Below the pieces are notes generated by a model. It searched no databases. It saw nothing but the letters and a program-made list of their open reading frames with translations, and was not told where the DNA came from. Shown here piece by piece: positions 1 through 10,373 of a stretch of 64,000 bases of DNA. The position numbers and the translations under genes are program-made. Numbering within the stretch: the first letter of the stretch is position 1; each line of letters opens with the position of its first letter. Source of the DNA: Gammaproteobacteria bacterium (GTDB lineage Bacteria > Pseudomonadota > Gammaproteobacteria > GCA-001735895); the NCBI GenBank assembly GCA_050298595.1, contig JBNKUM010000094.1:96001-160000 (forward strand), in the 5' to 3' direction.

Positions 1-2
1 CA

Positions 3-1274
3 ATTTCTGGAAATGTGAGCATTAACGCGATTGATCAGACACTGCCCCAGATCCTTAAAAGAATCTCTCGGCAAATTAGCTTACATTACTACATCGATGG
101 CCCCAACCTGGTAGTAGAACGAGATTTACCGTTTATGCGTAACTACCCGATCAATTATCTGAATATGGAAAGAGCCACCTCTTCGAAAGTAGAGATCTCA
201 TCCAAGATTTCTTCGACCGGATCAGGAACTGGTGGCGGTGGAGGTGGCGGTAGTGACTCTTCTACTGGTATCAGTAATAAGAGCGATAACAGCTTCTGGA
301 AGACCCTGGAGACTAATCTTGCCGCTATCGCTAGTAGTAATGGGGCTAAGGGTGTTGTCATTGTGAATAAAGAGGGTGGCATGATATCGGTAATGACCAC
401 TGCATCGAATCATGATTCCATTCAGGCTTTTATCGATCAGGTTATGTCCAGTGTACGCAAGCAGGTTCTAATCGAGGCAACAGTGGTAGAGGTTACGCTC
501 AGCGATGAGTTTCAGGCGGGTGTTGACTGGTCAAGAATTGTAAATGGTAATGGCTGGGATATTACACAGAGTACTCTGGGTGGTGCACTGGGAACAGCCC
601 CTTTTGTATCCGCAAGTTATTCTAATACCAGCTCAGGTAGTACGGTTACTGCAGCTATTAAAGCGCTTGATTCGTTTGGTGATGTATCCGTTATGTCTTC
701 CCCCAAGATCATGGCTTTAAATAACCAGACATCAATATTGAAGGTGGTAGACAACGCTGTTTATTTTAATTTTGATGTGAGTACGACTGTGAGTGATACG
801 GGAGTACCGAATACTACGTTTAATACAACGATAAATACTGTGCCTGTCGGCTTTGTCATGAATGTCACTCCTTTTATTACCTCTGACAATGAAGTGATAT
901 TAAACGTACGACCAACTATTTCCAGAATACTGGGGTATGTAAATGATCCTAATCCTGAGTTAGCAGCTGCAAATGTTGAGTCTCAAATCCCTCAGATACA
1001 GGTACGTGAGATGGAATCGGTATTACGAGTTGCAGATGGTGATACAGCAGTAATAGGTGGTCTTATGGAAAATAGTATTGATCAAAACAGTGCGGGTATC
1101 CCTGGATTGCATGACGTGAAAGGTGTCGGCGTCCTTTTTGGAACACAGGCAAAAAATACTAACAAGACTGAACTGGTGATTTTTCTAAGACCCAGAATTA
1201 TCGATAGCGCAAGCCTGAATAGCGATCTGACTGATTTTCAACGCTACCTTAAACCCCGGCTGTTAGCAGAATAG
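3..1274 (+). CDS. Secretin, MshL/GspD/PilQ family (5' end outside window)
   Basis: Secretin motifs QVLIEATVVEV, SSPKIMALNNQ and ELVIFLRP; Gly/Ser-rich N-domain linker typical of MshL; the frame stays open back to the window edge. Confidence 0.9.
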   Translation: MSGNVSINAIDQTLPQILKRISRQISLHYYIDGPNLVVERDLPFMRNYPINYLNMERATSSKVEISSKISSTGSGTGGGGGGGSDSSTGISNKSDNSFWKTLETNLAAIASSNGAKGVVIVNKEGGMISVMTTASNHDSIQAFIDQVMSSVRKQVLIEATVVEVTLSDEFQAGVDWSRIVNGNGWDITQSTLGGALGTAPFVSASYSNTSSGSTVTAAIKALDSFGDVSVMSSPKIMALNNQTSILKVVDNAVYFNFDVSTTVSDTGVPNTTFNTTINTVPVGFVMNVTPFITSDNEVILNVRPTISRILGYVNDPNPELAAANVESQIPQIQVREMESVLRVADGDTAVIGGLMENSIDQNSAGIPGLHDVKGVGVLFGTQAKNTNKTELVIFLRPRIIDSASLNSDLTDFQRYLKPRLLAE

Positions 1275-1296
1275 CTACAACCAACTGGGGATTGCT

Positions 1297-3315
1297 ATGA
1301 GCTTACTATTAGATGCATTGAAAAAAGCCGCCGAGAAGAAGGCGCAGAAAGATGCTGAAAGCAAGGCGGTAGAAAATACTGAAGTTCTAACCAGAACTCG
1401 GGTAACCAACGATAAAACCATCGCTGATGAAACGCTAGCGATGACTGAGACTGAGCTGGATGCAACTAGCATTGATGCGACTCAACTGGATAAAACCTCA
1501 GCGGATACGACTTTAAAAATAGGCTCGACTCAAGTTGATGCTACTCAAGCTGATCATGAGTCTACCCTGGAATTAGATATCAAAAATCTGGATTTATCAA
1601 AGCTAGCTGCTGAGGAAAATGAAGTTATTTTTGATTCAGGTGCAGATGACTCTCTCTCTTTTATTGATGAGGAAGAGGTGATAACCGATGATAAGGCAGA
1701 GGATGAAACCATAGTATTAACGCCTGATGACATCACCGATTTTTTGGGTGACGGTAATTACCCGAAACAGACGAAACCGGAAAAAGTTGTGCCTCCTCCG
1801 GTCAGGCATGAAATATCAGACGATACAACCTTAACGAATCCAGATGCCATAAGCCTGACAGATATTGATCGGGATAGCCTGGATCTGGAACCAGTGGTTG
1901 ATAAGGATTATTCGCAGGCTCAGGATTCAACCAGAACTGAATCAGCAAACTATAATTCTTACGATGGCATTTTGTCTCGGCAAGAAAGGGGCCGGGGCAC
2001 GTCTTCTTCAGTACAGCCTGGTGAAGGTAGTCAGTCGACGATGATGAATGCTGATAGCACTTCAGTGGATATAGAAAAGTTAACCAATGATGAAACAGTA
2101 ACCATCAAAGATAGTACGTTCACTCGTACTTTTGCACCTGACAATTATGACAGGACCTTGATGAAGCTCACGGATAATAACGTATCACGGATATTCTCGG
2201 GGATGAGGTCAGAAACTGATTCTGTGATGACGCCAGACTATGCAAAAAAGATATTTATCACCAAGTCACGAGGTGTTAAAAATTATTACTACAAGGTCTA
2301 TGCCGGTATTGCGCTGTGTATTTTACTTGTTGTGGTTGTCTGGGGACTGTTTGAGATTCAATCTGAATCTGAGTCAATCGATAATAGTTTGATTGCTTTA
2401 AAGAGAGATCCCATGCCGGGCGTGATTAAACCTAAAAGGCAGTCCGAGCCGGATAATCTATTTTTATCTGCGCCAAAGGTTGATAATAATGCGATAAAGG
2501 TTATTGAAAAAGCAAGTAAAGTTGCTGATGGTGTTTCCGGTGAAGTTCAACAGAAAGGTTCAGCTATACAGGCAGAAGATATAGGTGAGGTCGCTGTTCA
2601 AAGCGTATCGCCAAACGATTCGGTCGATTCTCTGGGTAGCCAGCAGTCGAAGTCACCTGCTGTGAAAGCAAAAGCAAATTCAGTAAAAAAACAGCCATCA
2701 GCTCAGTCTAAACAGGCATCGCTGCAAATTTCTTCAAATAAACGAGTTTCTGAAAAAGATCAGATATTAGCTGAGGCTTATGCCGCCTATGAAGCTGGAG
2801 ATATAGATAAGGCCAGAAGGCAATATCAACAGGTAATAGCTCTTGACCCCGAGAACAGGGATGCTCTGTTAGGTCGTGCTGCTATTTATGTTTTAGATAA
2901 TCAATTTGAGAGAGCTATTACTCTCTATCAGAAACTTTTGCTTGCTAATCCTAAGGATGATCTGGCAATGACTTCGCTTATCTCGGTTGCTAATGTTGAC
3001 CCACAAACAGGGGAGACAGAAATAAAGCGCCTGTTGAATGACTTACCTGAATCACCTTACCTGCATTTTGCTTTAGGTAATATGTTTGGAAATCAGAATC
3101 GTTGGGCAGAAGCTCAAACTGAATATTTTAAGGCGTTACAAATTAAACCCGAAGATCCAAACTATGCCTATAACATGGCCGTTAGTCTCGAGCATTTACA
3201 AAAGTCAGATTCTGCAATTACGTTTTATGAACGGGCATTAAAAAATAAAATAAATGGTTTGGCGACTTTCAGTGAATCTTTAGTGGTACAACGTATCGAG
3301 GTGCTGAGTCAGTGA
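1297..3315 (+). CDS. GspB/MshN-like membrane-anchored TPR protein
   Basis: N-terminal MSLLLDALKKA resembles the GspB/MshN N-terminus; long acidic region; one TM (AGIALCILLVVVVWGLF); C-terminal TPR repeats. Confidence 0.7.
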   Translation: MSLLLDALKKAAEKKAQKDAESKAVENTEVLTRTRVTNDKTIADETLAMTETELDATSIDATQLDKTSADTTLKIGSTQVDATQADHESTLELDIKNLDLSKLAAEENEVIFDSGADDSLSFIDEEEVITDDKAEDETIVLTPDDITDFLGDGNYPKQTKPEKVVPPPVRHEISDDTTLTNPDAISLTDIDRDSLDLEPVVDKDYSQAQDSTRTESANYNSYDGILSRQERGRGTSSSVQPGEGSQSTMMNADSTSVDIEKLTNDETVTIKDSTFTRTFAPDNYDRTLMKLTDNNVSRIFSGMRSETDSVMTPDYAKKIFITKSRGVKNYYYKVYAGIALCILLVVVVWGLFEIQSESESIDNSLIALKRDPMPGVIKPKRQSEPDNLFLSAPKVDNNAIKVIEKASKVADGVSGEVQQKGSAIQAEDIGEVAVQSVSPNDSVDSLGSQQSKSPAVKAKANSVKKQPSAQSKQASLQISSNKRVSEKDQILAEAYAAYEAGDIDKARRQYQQVIALDPENRDALLGRAAIYVLDNQFERAITLYQKLLLANPKDDLAMTSLISVANVDPQTGETEIKRLLNDLPESPYLHFALGNMFGNQNRWAEAQTEYFKALQIKPEDPNYAYNMAVSLEHLQKSDSAITFYERALKNKINGLATFSESLVVQRIEVLSQ

Positions 3316-5027
3316 AAACCGTACCCGGTACTAATAAGCCAAAAAGACTGGGCGAAATACTCATCGATGAAGGGGTTATCACCCCGGATCAATTAAATAT
3401 CGCGCTTACTGAACAAAAAAAAGTCGATTTGCCAATAGGTAAACTGTTGGTAAATCTGGGGTTTGCTACCGAATCTATAATGCGTTCAGCTCTAGGTGAA
3501 GCGCTAGAGCAGGACAGTGTTGATCTCTCCAGAGTAGTGCCTGATCCTGAGGCGATTAAGCTGATAGATTCAGACACTGCGCGTAAACACAAAGTTATCC
3601 CGCTTAATTACAATAGCATGACCGGCAGCTTAACCATCGCCATGTCGGATACTTTCAATCTATTCACGCTGGATCGTATTCGAATTCAGATTGGACAGCA
3701 TGTTGAAATCACACCAGTGCTGGCGGGTGAAACCGAGATTTCGAATGCCATAGATCAGTTCTATGGATATGAACTTTCAATTGATGGCATCCTGCGTGAA
3801 ATTGAAACTGGAGAAGCGGATTATACTAATTATCAGGGTGATATTGAAGAATACAGTCAGCCACTGGTAAGACTGGTGGATGTCATGATGGCCGATGCGG
3901 TAAAGCGAGGAGCCTCAGATATTCACTTTGAACCAGAGGAAAGCTTTCTACGTATCCGTTATCGAATTGATGGTGTATTGCGGCAGATCCGGAGTTTGCA
4001 TAAAACCTATTGGGCTGCAATAGCGGTACGGCTAAAGGTTATGGCGAATATGAATATTGCTGAAACTCGGGCTCCTCAGGATGGGAGGATTTCAAGAATA
4101 ATCATAGGTCGGCAGATTGATTTTCGTGTGGCATCCCAACCAACCATTCACGGTGAAAATATCGTTCTGCGTGTGCTGGACAGGGAAAAAGGGGTAATTC
4201 CTCTGGATGGGCTGGAACTACCCGATGCCTCGATGCGAATTTTGAAGATTATGATGGCTCGGCCTGAGGGGATAATTCTGGTAACCGGCCCGACGGGTAG
4301 TGGTAAGACAACTACGCTTTACTCGCTACTCAATCACATGAGTACAGAAAAAGTTAATATCATGACCCTGGAAGATCCTGTTGAATATCCTTTTCCATTG
4401 ATTCGGCAAACTTCAGTGAGTGATATGGCTGGGATGAATTTTGCTGACGGCATTAAGTCTTTAATGCGTCAGGATCCAGATATTATTCTGGTAGGTGAGA
4501 TTCGTGATGAAGATACTGCAGAGATGGCTTTTCGCGCAGCGATGACGGGGCATCAGGTCTATTCTACCTTGCATACAAATTCTGCCATTGGCGCGCTGCC
4601 TCGTTTAAGAGATATTGGTATTATGCCTGAAATTATGGCGGGTAATATTATTGGTGTCATAGCGCAACGCCTGGTGCGTAAATTGTGTAAATACTGTAAG
4701 GAGCCATATCATCCTGACGATTATGAGTTCAGGCTTTTATCAAATCCTGATGGCATCAGGCCCAATAAAATTTATCGCTCCAAAGGCTGCTCGGCCTGCG
4801 ATAACACGGGTTATAAAGGGCGTATGGCGCTGATGGAAATTCTCAAGATGAACTCTGAAATTGACGACATGCTGGCTCATGGTGCAACAACCAAAGAAAT
4901 AAAAGATGTGGCTTATCAACAGGGTTTTTTCACGCTTGCTGATGATGGAATTCGGCATGTTCTAAGCGGTGTGACTTCTATTGAAGAAATATCGCGAGTA
5001 ACTGACCTGACAGACAGGATGACCTAG
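3312..5027 (+). CDS. GspE/PilB/MshE-family assembly ATPase with N-terminal MshEN motif
   Basis: Walker A GPTGSGKTT, LEDPVE, Walker B DIILVGEIRD, STLHTN, CxxC..CxxC zinc motif; RLGEILIDEGVITPDQLNIALTEQ. Confidence 0.95.
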   Translation: MKTVPGTNKPKRLGEILIDEGVITPDQLNIALTEQKKVDLPIGKLLVNLGFATESIMRSALGEALEQDSVDLSRVVPDPEAIKLIDSDTARKHKVIPLNYNSMTGSLTIAMSDTFNLFTLDRIRIQIGQHVEITPVLAGETEISNAIDQFYGYELSIDGILREIETGEADYTNYQGDIEEYSQPLVRLVDVMMADAVKRGASDIHFEPEESFLRIRYRIDGVLRQIRSLHKTYWAAIAVRLKVMANMNIAETRAPQDGRISRIIIGRQIDFRVASQPTIHGENIVLRVLDREKGVIPLDGLELPDASMRILKIMMARPEGIILVTGPTGSGKTTTLYSLLNHMSTEKVNIMTLEDPVEYPFPLIRQTSVSDMAGMNFADGIKSLMRQDPDIILVGEIRDEDTAEMAFRAAMTGHQVYSTLHTNSAIGALPRLRDIGIMPEIMAGNIIGVIAQRLVRKLCKYCKEPYHPDDYEFRLLSNPDGIRPNKIYRSKGCSACDNTGYKGRMALMEILKMNSEIDDMLAHGATTKEIKDVAYQQGFFTLADDGIRHVLSGVTSIEEISRVTDLTDRMT

Positions 5028-5031
5028 CTCT

Positions 5032-6237
5032 ATGCCATTGTATAAATATAAAGCCATAGATAAGTCAGGTAAATTTATTCAGGGGAGTCTGGACGCGGGA
5101 AATATTGCCGATCTGGAATTACGCCTGGATAAAATGAGTCTCGATCTGATTACTTTCAAGCAGAAAGATCCCGGAGCAGATATTTTTGGACGCAATAAAA
5201 TTAAGCGTCGCGACCTTATTAACTTTAGCTTTCATCTTGAACAGTTAACCCGATCAGGCGTACCTATTCTTGATGGCTTGAAGGACTTGAGAGCCAGTGA
5301 AGAGAACCCTGGCTTCCGTGATGTCATTGCGAGTGTGATTGAAGCGATTGAGGGTGGTAATTCTTTCTCCAGGGCGTTAGCAATGTACCCCAAGGTGTTT
5401 GATGATGTTTTCACTAGCTTGATTAAGGTTGGAGAGCATAGCGGTAAAATGGCTGTAGTATTATCAGACATTACGGAAACTCTTAAATGGCAGGATGAGA
5501 TACTTGGCAAAGCGAAAAAAATCATGACTTATCCGGCTGTTATCGGTTCGTTGATTATGGCTGTTATTATGTTCCTGATGATTTTTATAGTACCGGACAT
5601 AATGAGTGCAATCGTTTCTCTGGGTGGAGAGATACCGCTGGAGACCAAAGCGCTTATGGCTGTGTCATGGTTCCTGGTTAATTACTGGTATCTAGTTATT
5701 GCTGTTCCTATAGCCCTGTTCTTCCTGATTAGGCATTTTTATAAAACTAATACTAAATTTCATTTCAAGATGGACGGCATTCTACTCAGGATTTGGCCCA
5801 TAGGTGATGTGAATGAAAAAATAAAAATCTCTCGTTTTACGCGATATTTCGCATTGATGTTTGCTTCTGGAATCACGGTTCTCGATGCAATCAAAATGAG
5901 TAAAGCTGTTGTTAGCAATCTGGTTCTGGAAGATGGTATTGATCGTGCCTGGGTACAGATTTCGGAAGGTGGTAGCATCAGTGAGAGCTTTCAGAATATA
6001 GGGATATTTCCTCCTCTGGTCATTCGAATGCTGCGTGTGGGTGAGTCTACCGGGCGTATGGATGAGTCGCTAAAAAATGTGAGTTATTTTTTTGAGAGAG
6101 ATATTAATGACCAGATTGATAAGCTTGAACCCGTGTTGCAAACATCGTTAATGGCCGCAATAGGTATTATCGTACTTTGGTTGGCGTTGTCAGTACTTGG
6201 CCCGATTTATGACACTATCAGCACCATAGACTTTTAA
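5032..6237 (+). CDS. GspF/PilC/MshG platform protein
   Basis: Two T2SSF repeats (SGVPIL, GEHSG, GESTGRMD), three TM segments, follows the ATPase. Confidence 0.93.
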   Translation: MPLYKYKAIDKSGKFIQGSLDAGNIADLELRLDKMSLDLITFKQKDPGADIFGRNKIKRRDLINFSFHLEQLTRSGVPILDGLKDLRASEENPGFRDVIASVIEAIEGGNSFSRALAMYPKVFDDVFTSLIKVGEHSGKMAVVLSDITETLKWQDEILGKAKKIMTYPAVIGSLIMAVIMFLMIFIVPDIMSAIVSLGGEIPLETKALMAVSWFLVNYWYLVIAVPIALFFLIRHFYKTNTKFHFKMDGILLRIWPIGDVNEKIKISRFTRYFALMFASGITVLDAIKMSKAVVSNLVLEDGIDRAWVQISEGGSISESFQNIGIFPPLVIRMLRVGESTGRMDESLKNVSYFFERDINDQIDKLEPVLQTSLMAAIGIIVLWLALSVLGPIYDTISTIDF

Positions 6238-6243
6238 ATCATT

Positions 6244-7824
6244 ATGAAAAGAGTTCTCTACTTTACAGGATATAGAATGGTAGCCCAGGAGTGGTCTGGG
6301 CCGAAGCTGCTGAGTAGTGTTTATTTTGAGCCAGATGAGCAGGGGCTGGATTTATTTACGGCTTATCTCCAGTCACTTAAAAATGAACCAGTCCGACTGT
6401 TAATTGATTTAATCGAAGAAGAGTTTCGTCAGGTTAAAATACCGCTTCTCAGAGGTTCTGATCGGCAGGAGATTATAAATAGGAATTTTACCAAGTTTTT
6501 TAGAAACTCCGTGTATCGTCTGGCACGATCACAATCAGTTCAGAAAAAGGAAAGAAAAGAAGAGCATCTGTTGCTGATGGGGTTGACGAATCAATACATA
6601 CTAAAACCCTGGCTGCAAATAATAAATGATACTCGGACACCTTTATCTGGAATTTTAAGCCTGCCACTAATAAGTGAAGATTTTATTGCCCGTTTTAAGG
6701 GGGAGCATGAATGTGTCATTCTCGTTACTCAACAGGTACCCAGCAATCTCCGTCAATCCGTTTTCATAAAAGGTAAATTAATTCTTAGTCGTCTGGTTCC
6801 GATAGCCAGTTTCTATCAGGGTGATTATGCCTCGGATGTTGTTCGTGATGTTGAAGGTACACAGCGTTACCTCTTTAGCCAGAGAATAATCGATCGTACC
6901 GATGTGATATCAGTGCATATACTGTGTAATCAACGGCATAAAGATAAACTGGCTGTAAAATGTTCCGGGGATGAATATTTTGACTATCACATACATGATG
7001 TAAATGATGTTATTGAGCAGGAAAAAATAGAACTCAAGGAGGAGCAGGATTTTAGCTCAGTTTTATTTTGCTATCATGCCTCAAAAAAACTGCTAGTTAA
7101 TCATTATGCGAATACCTCTGAAAAAAAATATTTTTATCATCAGCTTGCTGCTGTTAGTGGCAAAGTAATTGGTATGATATTAATCGCAACAGCTGTCGGG
7201 CTTTTTACTACCGCCTTCATAAAGGGTGTCTTATATGGAAGTACTGTTAATGAAATGCAGCTGGTCGAACAGAAATATAAGTCAAAATTTAATCAGCTTT
7301 CAGAGAGTCGAATCGACTCCAGTACTAGCACTACTACCATGCAGTCCGTTGTTAATACAGTAGAACAGATTGAAAAAAAATATCAAACCCGTCCAAGAGA
7401 TCTTCTGGTTAAAATCAGTCAGCACATATCGTTATTTAATGCGCTCAGGTTAAAAAAATTAGATTGGTTTATTTCCAATTCTCCAGATTCTAAATCTATT
7501 AGCGAGGTGTCCTGGGGTGGTGGGAATGCTCGAAGAGGCTCAAGGTCGCGAGCAGGGAATGCCCTGTATGAAATTGCCATATTATCTGGAGAATTCCTTG
7601 AGTTTGATGGAAATTACAGATATGTGTTGAGCGCTATCGATGATCTGGAGGATGCAATGAAAGTATCGAATGAGTATGACTCTGTTACTATTTTAAAGCG
7701 TCCTCTGGATATAGAACCAGAAAACAAATTATCTGGTGATGCAGGTGCTAATGCAGGCGTCGGAAATAACAGAGCTGAGTTTTCCATACGCGTTGTGAGA
7801 AAGGTAAGCATTGATGAAAAATAA
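6244..7824 (+). CDS. GspL-like (PilM+PilN-like) alignment protein
   Basis: About 300 aa soluble N-terminal part, one TM, coiled-coil periplasmic part; position in the operon. Confidence 0.55.
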   Translation: MKRVLYFTGYRMVAQEWSGPKLLSSVYFEPDEQGLDLFTAYLQSLKNEPVRLLIDLIEEEFRQVKIPLLRGSDRQEIINRNFTKFFRNSVYRLARSQSVQKKERKEEHLLLMGLTNQYILKPWLQIINDTRTPLSGILSLPLISEDFIARFKGEHECVILVTQQVPSNLRQSVFIKGKLILSRLVPIASFYQGDYASDVVRDVEGTQRYLFSQRIIDRTDVISVHILCNQRHKDKLAVKCSGDEYFDYHIHDVNDVIEQEKIELKEEQDFSSVLFCYHASKKLLVNHYANTSEKKYFYHQLAAVSGKVIGMILIATAVGLFTTAFIKGVLYGSTVNEMQLVEQKYKSKFNQLSESRIDSSTSTTTMQSVVNTVEQIEKKYQTRPRDLLVKISQHISLFNALRLKKLDWFISNSPDSKSISEVSWGGGNARRGSRSRAGNALYEIAILSGEFLEFDGNYRYVLSAIDDLEDAMKVSNEYDSVTILKRPLDIEPENKLSGDAGANAGVGNNRAEFSIRVVRKVSIDEK

Positions 7825-8416
7825 AATCGACTGGTTTTTTCTAAGACGAGCTTTAATATTTTTATCTTTAGCCATTATTTTTTCAGTTGTTTTGACTTTT
7901 CTTGGTTGGGAGTATGAGGATGCAAAATTTGAAGAGTACCAGAAGGGGGTGGAAAATCTGAGGACCACTCATCGACTCTATAAAAATATGGTTAATGATA
8001 TTGATTTGCTGGAACAATATACCGTTAAATATTCGGCCTATAAAGCTTCAGGGCTGGTCGGTGATGAACGTAGATTGAGCTGGATTGAAAGTCTGAAATC
8101 CACCAACTCGGTCCTGAAACTTCCAAAAATTAGTTTTAATCTGTTACCGCAGGAAGGGTTTAATCGACCGGGATTTAAAGCTGAAAGAATGGTCGAAGTC
8201 AAAAGTTCCCCTATGGAATTAAATATGGCAATACTACATGAAGAAGATATATCTGCACTTTTTGATGGCTTGAGTTCTTCAATCAGTAACCTGTTTTCAG
8301 TTGATAGCTGTAGTATTTCATTGCAGGGAAAGGTGGGGGGTAAATTTGACACAAAGAGAGCAAACTTAAACGCAAATTGTGTTATTCGATGGATTAGTAT
8401 CAATGCTAAAAGTTAA
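7814..8416 (+). CDS. PilO/GspM-like alignment protein
   Basis: N-terminal TM followed by coiled coil; overlaps the preceding gene. Confidence 0.5.
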   Translation: MKNKIDWFFLRRALIFLSLAIIFSVVLTFLGWEYEDAKFEEYQKGVENLRTTHRLYKNMVNDIDLLEQYTVKYSAYKASGLVGDERRLSWIESLKSTNSVLKLPKISFNLLPQEGFNRPGFKAERMVEVKSSPMELNMAILHEEDISALFDGLSSSISNLFSVDSCSISLQGKVGGKFDTKRANLNANCVIRWISINAKS

Positions 8417-8846
8417 ACATTTTTTTATTATTTTATTACTTCTATCGGGTAATTTTACTCAGGCCTTAGCTGAGGATAAGTCGCAGCTATTAACCTTATT
8501 TAGTACAGCTCAAGAACGACAGATTATAAATAACAATCGATATAAAAATGACACTCCGGTTAAAAATACACCTGTTCAACCTCAGTCGGTAGAAGAAGTT
8601 GTAGAGCTACCAAAAGTAGAGGTCAATGTGTCCTATCAAATATCTGGTGTATCTACTAATACCGAAGGTAGCAAAACCGCCTGGGTTAATGGTAAGTCCT
8701 ATGAATCCGGTGACGTTATGGAAGATGGCTCAAAAATTAGAATAAGGAATACCACTGTCATTATTACCACGGTTGATGGTAAAAGTCATACTGGGGTTAG
8801 TGGTGAAGTGCTGGAATTGACCTATCTTCGTGCTGCTGAGCAATAA
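8403..8846 (+). CDS. Exported protein, MshK/PilP-like
   Basis: Signal peptide (ALA-E), beta-rich C-terminus with TAWVNG; operon position. Confidence 0.45.
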   Translation: MLKVKHFFIILLLLSGNFTQALAEDKSQLLTLFSTAQERQIINNNRYKNDTPVKNTPVQPQSVEEVVELPKVEVNVSYQISGVSTNTEGSKTAWVNGKSYESGDVMEDGSKIRIRNTTVIITTVDGKSHTGVSGEVLELTYLRAAEQ

Positions 8847-8855
8847 ATTTAAGCT

Positions 8856-10373
8856 ATGAACACCCAATGTAATCAATCAGGATTCGCCTTATTGATTTTT
8901 GTTGTTGTGTTATTGGGTATCGCTGGTGTAGTCGGTTCTGAATTAATCCAGAGTCGGACGAAAACCGTGCAGGTCAAAAAAATGAAGCATGATCAGGCGG
9001 TGTTGCAAATGGCCAAGCAGGCCTTGTTAGGATATGCGGTTAAATATCATACTGCCCCAGGTGGGTTGTACGATATGGGGCGTTTACCCTGTCCTGATTA
9101 TACAGAACTCGGTGTTGCTTCAGAAGGTACTCAAGATGGGCCCTGTGGCGCAATCCATGTAAATGCCCAGGGTTTTCTGCCATGGAAAACATTGGGCCTT
9201 GATTCGATAAAAGACAGCAATGGCGACTGCCTGTGGTATGTAGTATCGGGTGATTACAAAGATAGAGCCGAGGCCCGCATGTTAAATGAAGATACCAATG
9301 GATTATTAAAGGTACAAGATGAGAATGGACAGCTGTATAACGGGGCTAATCCAGATGACCGACCTATCGCTCTGATCATTGCTCCAGGGCCCCTTCTTTC
9401 TGGTCAGGATCGCACGCCTTCTAATAATGCCTTGACGCATTGTCGTGGTAATTATGGAGATGAAAATGAATATCTTGAATCAGGAGGTAGCGTTAATTAT
9501 ACCACCAACCATGTGCCTACTGCCGATACGATCTGGACCTATGTGTATGGAACACTGAATAATGATCTGGATAATACTAATTATAATGATCGTATGGTAT
9601 GGATCACCAAATCGGAATACTGGGATGCTGTGAAGGCTCAGGGGGATCTGGAAGCTGCGGATCCCAGCAAAGAAATAAATATATTAACGCAAAAATTAGC
9701 CCAATGCCTGGCTGGATATGCAAATGATATTTCAAATGAAAATCACTGGTTGCCCTGGCCAGCACCAATAGGTTTGGCCGATTATCGAACAGACAGTCTC
9801 TATGCAGATCAGGATGATCCATCTGATTTGATGGGGCGTTTCCCTACAGATATAACTAATAGTAATACAAAGGAAGGTAATGAAACCTCTTCTGCTATAT
9901 CAGTCTTCCCCGATATGACAGATATACTTTCAACTTGCCTGTTGCCGGATGATAAGATGCTCTGGCAAAACTGGAAAGATCACTTTTTCTATGTAGTTTC
10001 GGAAGAGTTTAAGATAGATGGGGCTACAGGTGGTGACTTAACCACAAGGTGTTCGTCAGGAAAATGTGTCACTATAGCTGGTCTTTCTGATGATCTGGCT
10101 GGTATAGTTTTCTATGCAAATAGTGTGGAAATTGGTGAATCGAGGAGTGCGGGGAATGTGGGAACAGATCCTGATGAAAAACAGGATATTACCCAGTATC
10201 TGTCTTCAATAGCTTCACAACCCACAATTTGGAATGCCCACCAATATCCGAATGATGCAGCTTATACAGGTGCTGGAGGTGTAGTGAATCAGTATTACCG
10301 GGATCTTGATGATATCACTTACTGTATCAAAGTGAGTTCATCTACAAAATTGGAGGTGTCTGATTGTAGCTGA
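8856..10373 (+). CDS. Large pilin-like protein (GspK/PilX type, no Glu5)
   Basis: QSG/FALLIFVVVLL class III signal without E5; GRLPCPD motif shared with the next two genes. Confidence 0.75.
   Translation: MNTQCNQSGFALLIFVVVLLGIAGVVGSELIQSRTKTVQVKKMKHDQAVLQMAKQALLGYAVKYHTAPGGLYDMGRLPCPDYTELGVASEGTQDGPCGAIHVNAQGFLPWKTLGLDSIKDSNGDCLWYVVSGDYKDRAEARMLNEDTNGLLKVQDENGQLYNGANPDDRPIALIIAPGPLLSGQDRTPSNNALTHCRGNYGDENEYLESGGSVNYTTNHVPTADTIWTYVYGTLNNDLDNTNYNDRMVWITKSEYWDAVKAQGDLEAADPSKEINILTQKLAQCLAGYANDISNENHWLPWPAPIGLADYRTDSLYADQDDPSDLMGRFPTDITNSNTKEGNETSSAISVFPDMTDILSTCLLPDDKMLWQNWKDHFFYVVSEEFKIDGATGGDLTTRCSSGKCVTIAGLSDDLAGIVFYANSVEIGESRSAGNVGTDPDEKQDITQYLSSIASQPTIWNAHQYPNDAAYTGAGGVVNQYYRDLDDITYCIKVSSSTKLEVSDCS

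Noticed and set aside
210-270. Gly/Ser run in the secretin as a phase-variable repeat
   Set aside because: Mixed codons; an ordinary low-complexity linker of MshL-type secretins
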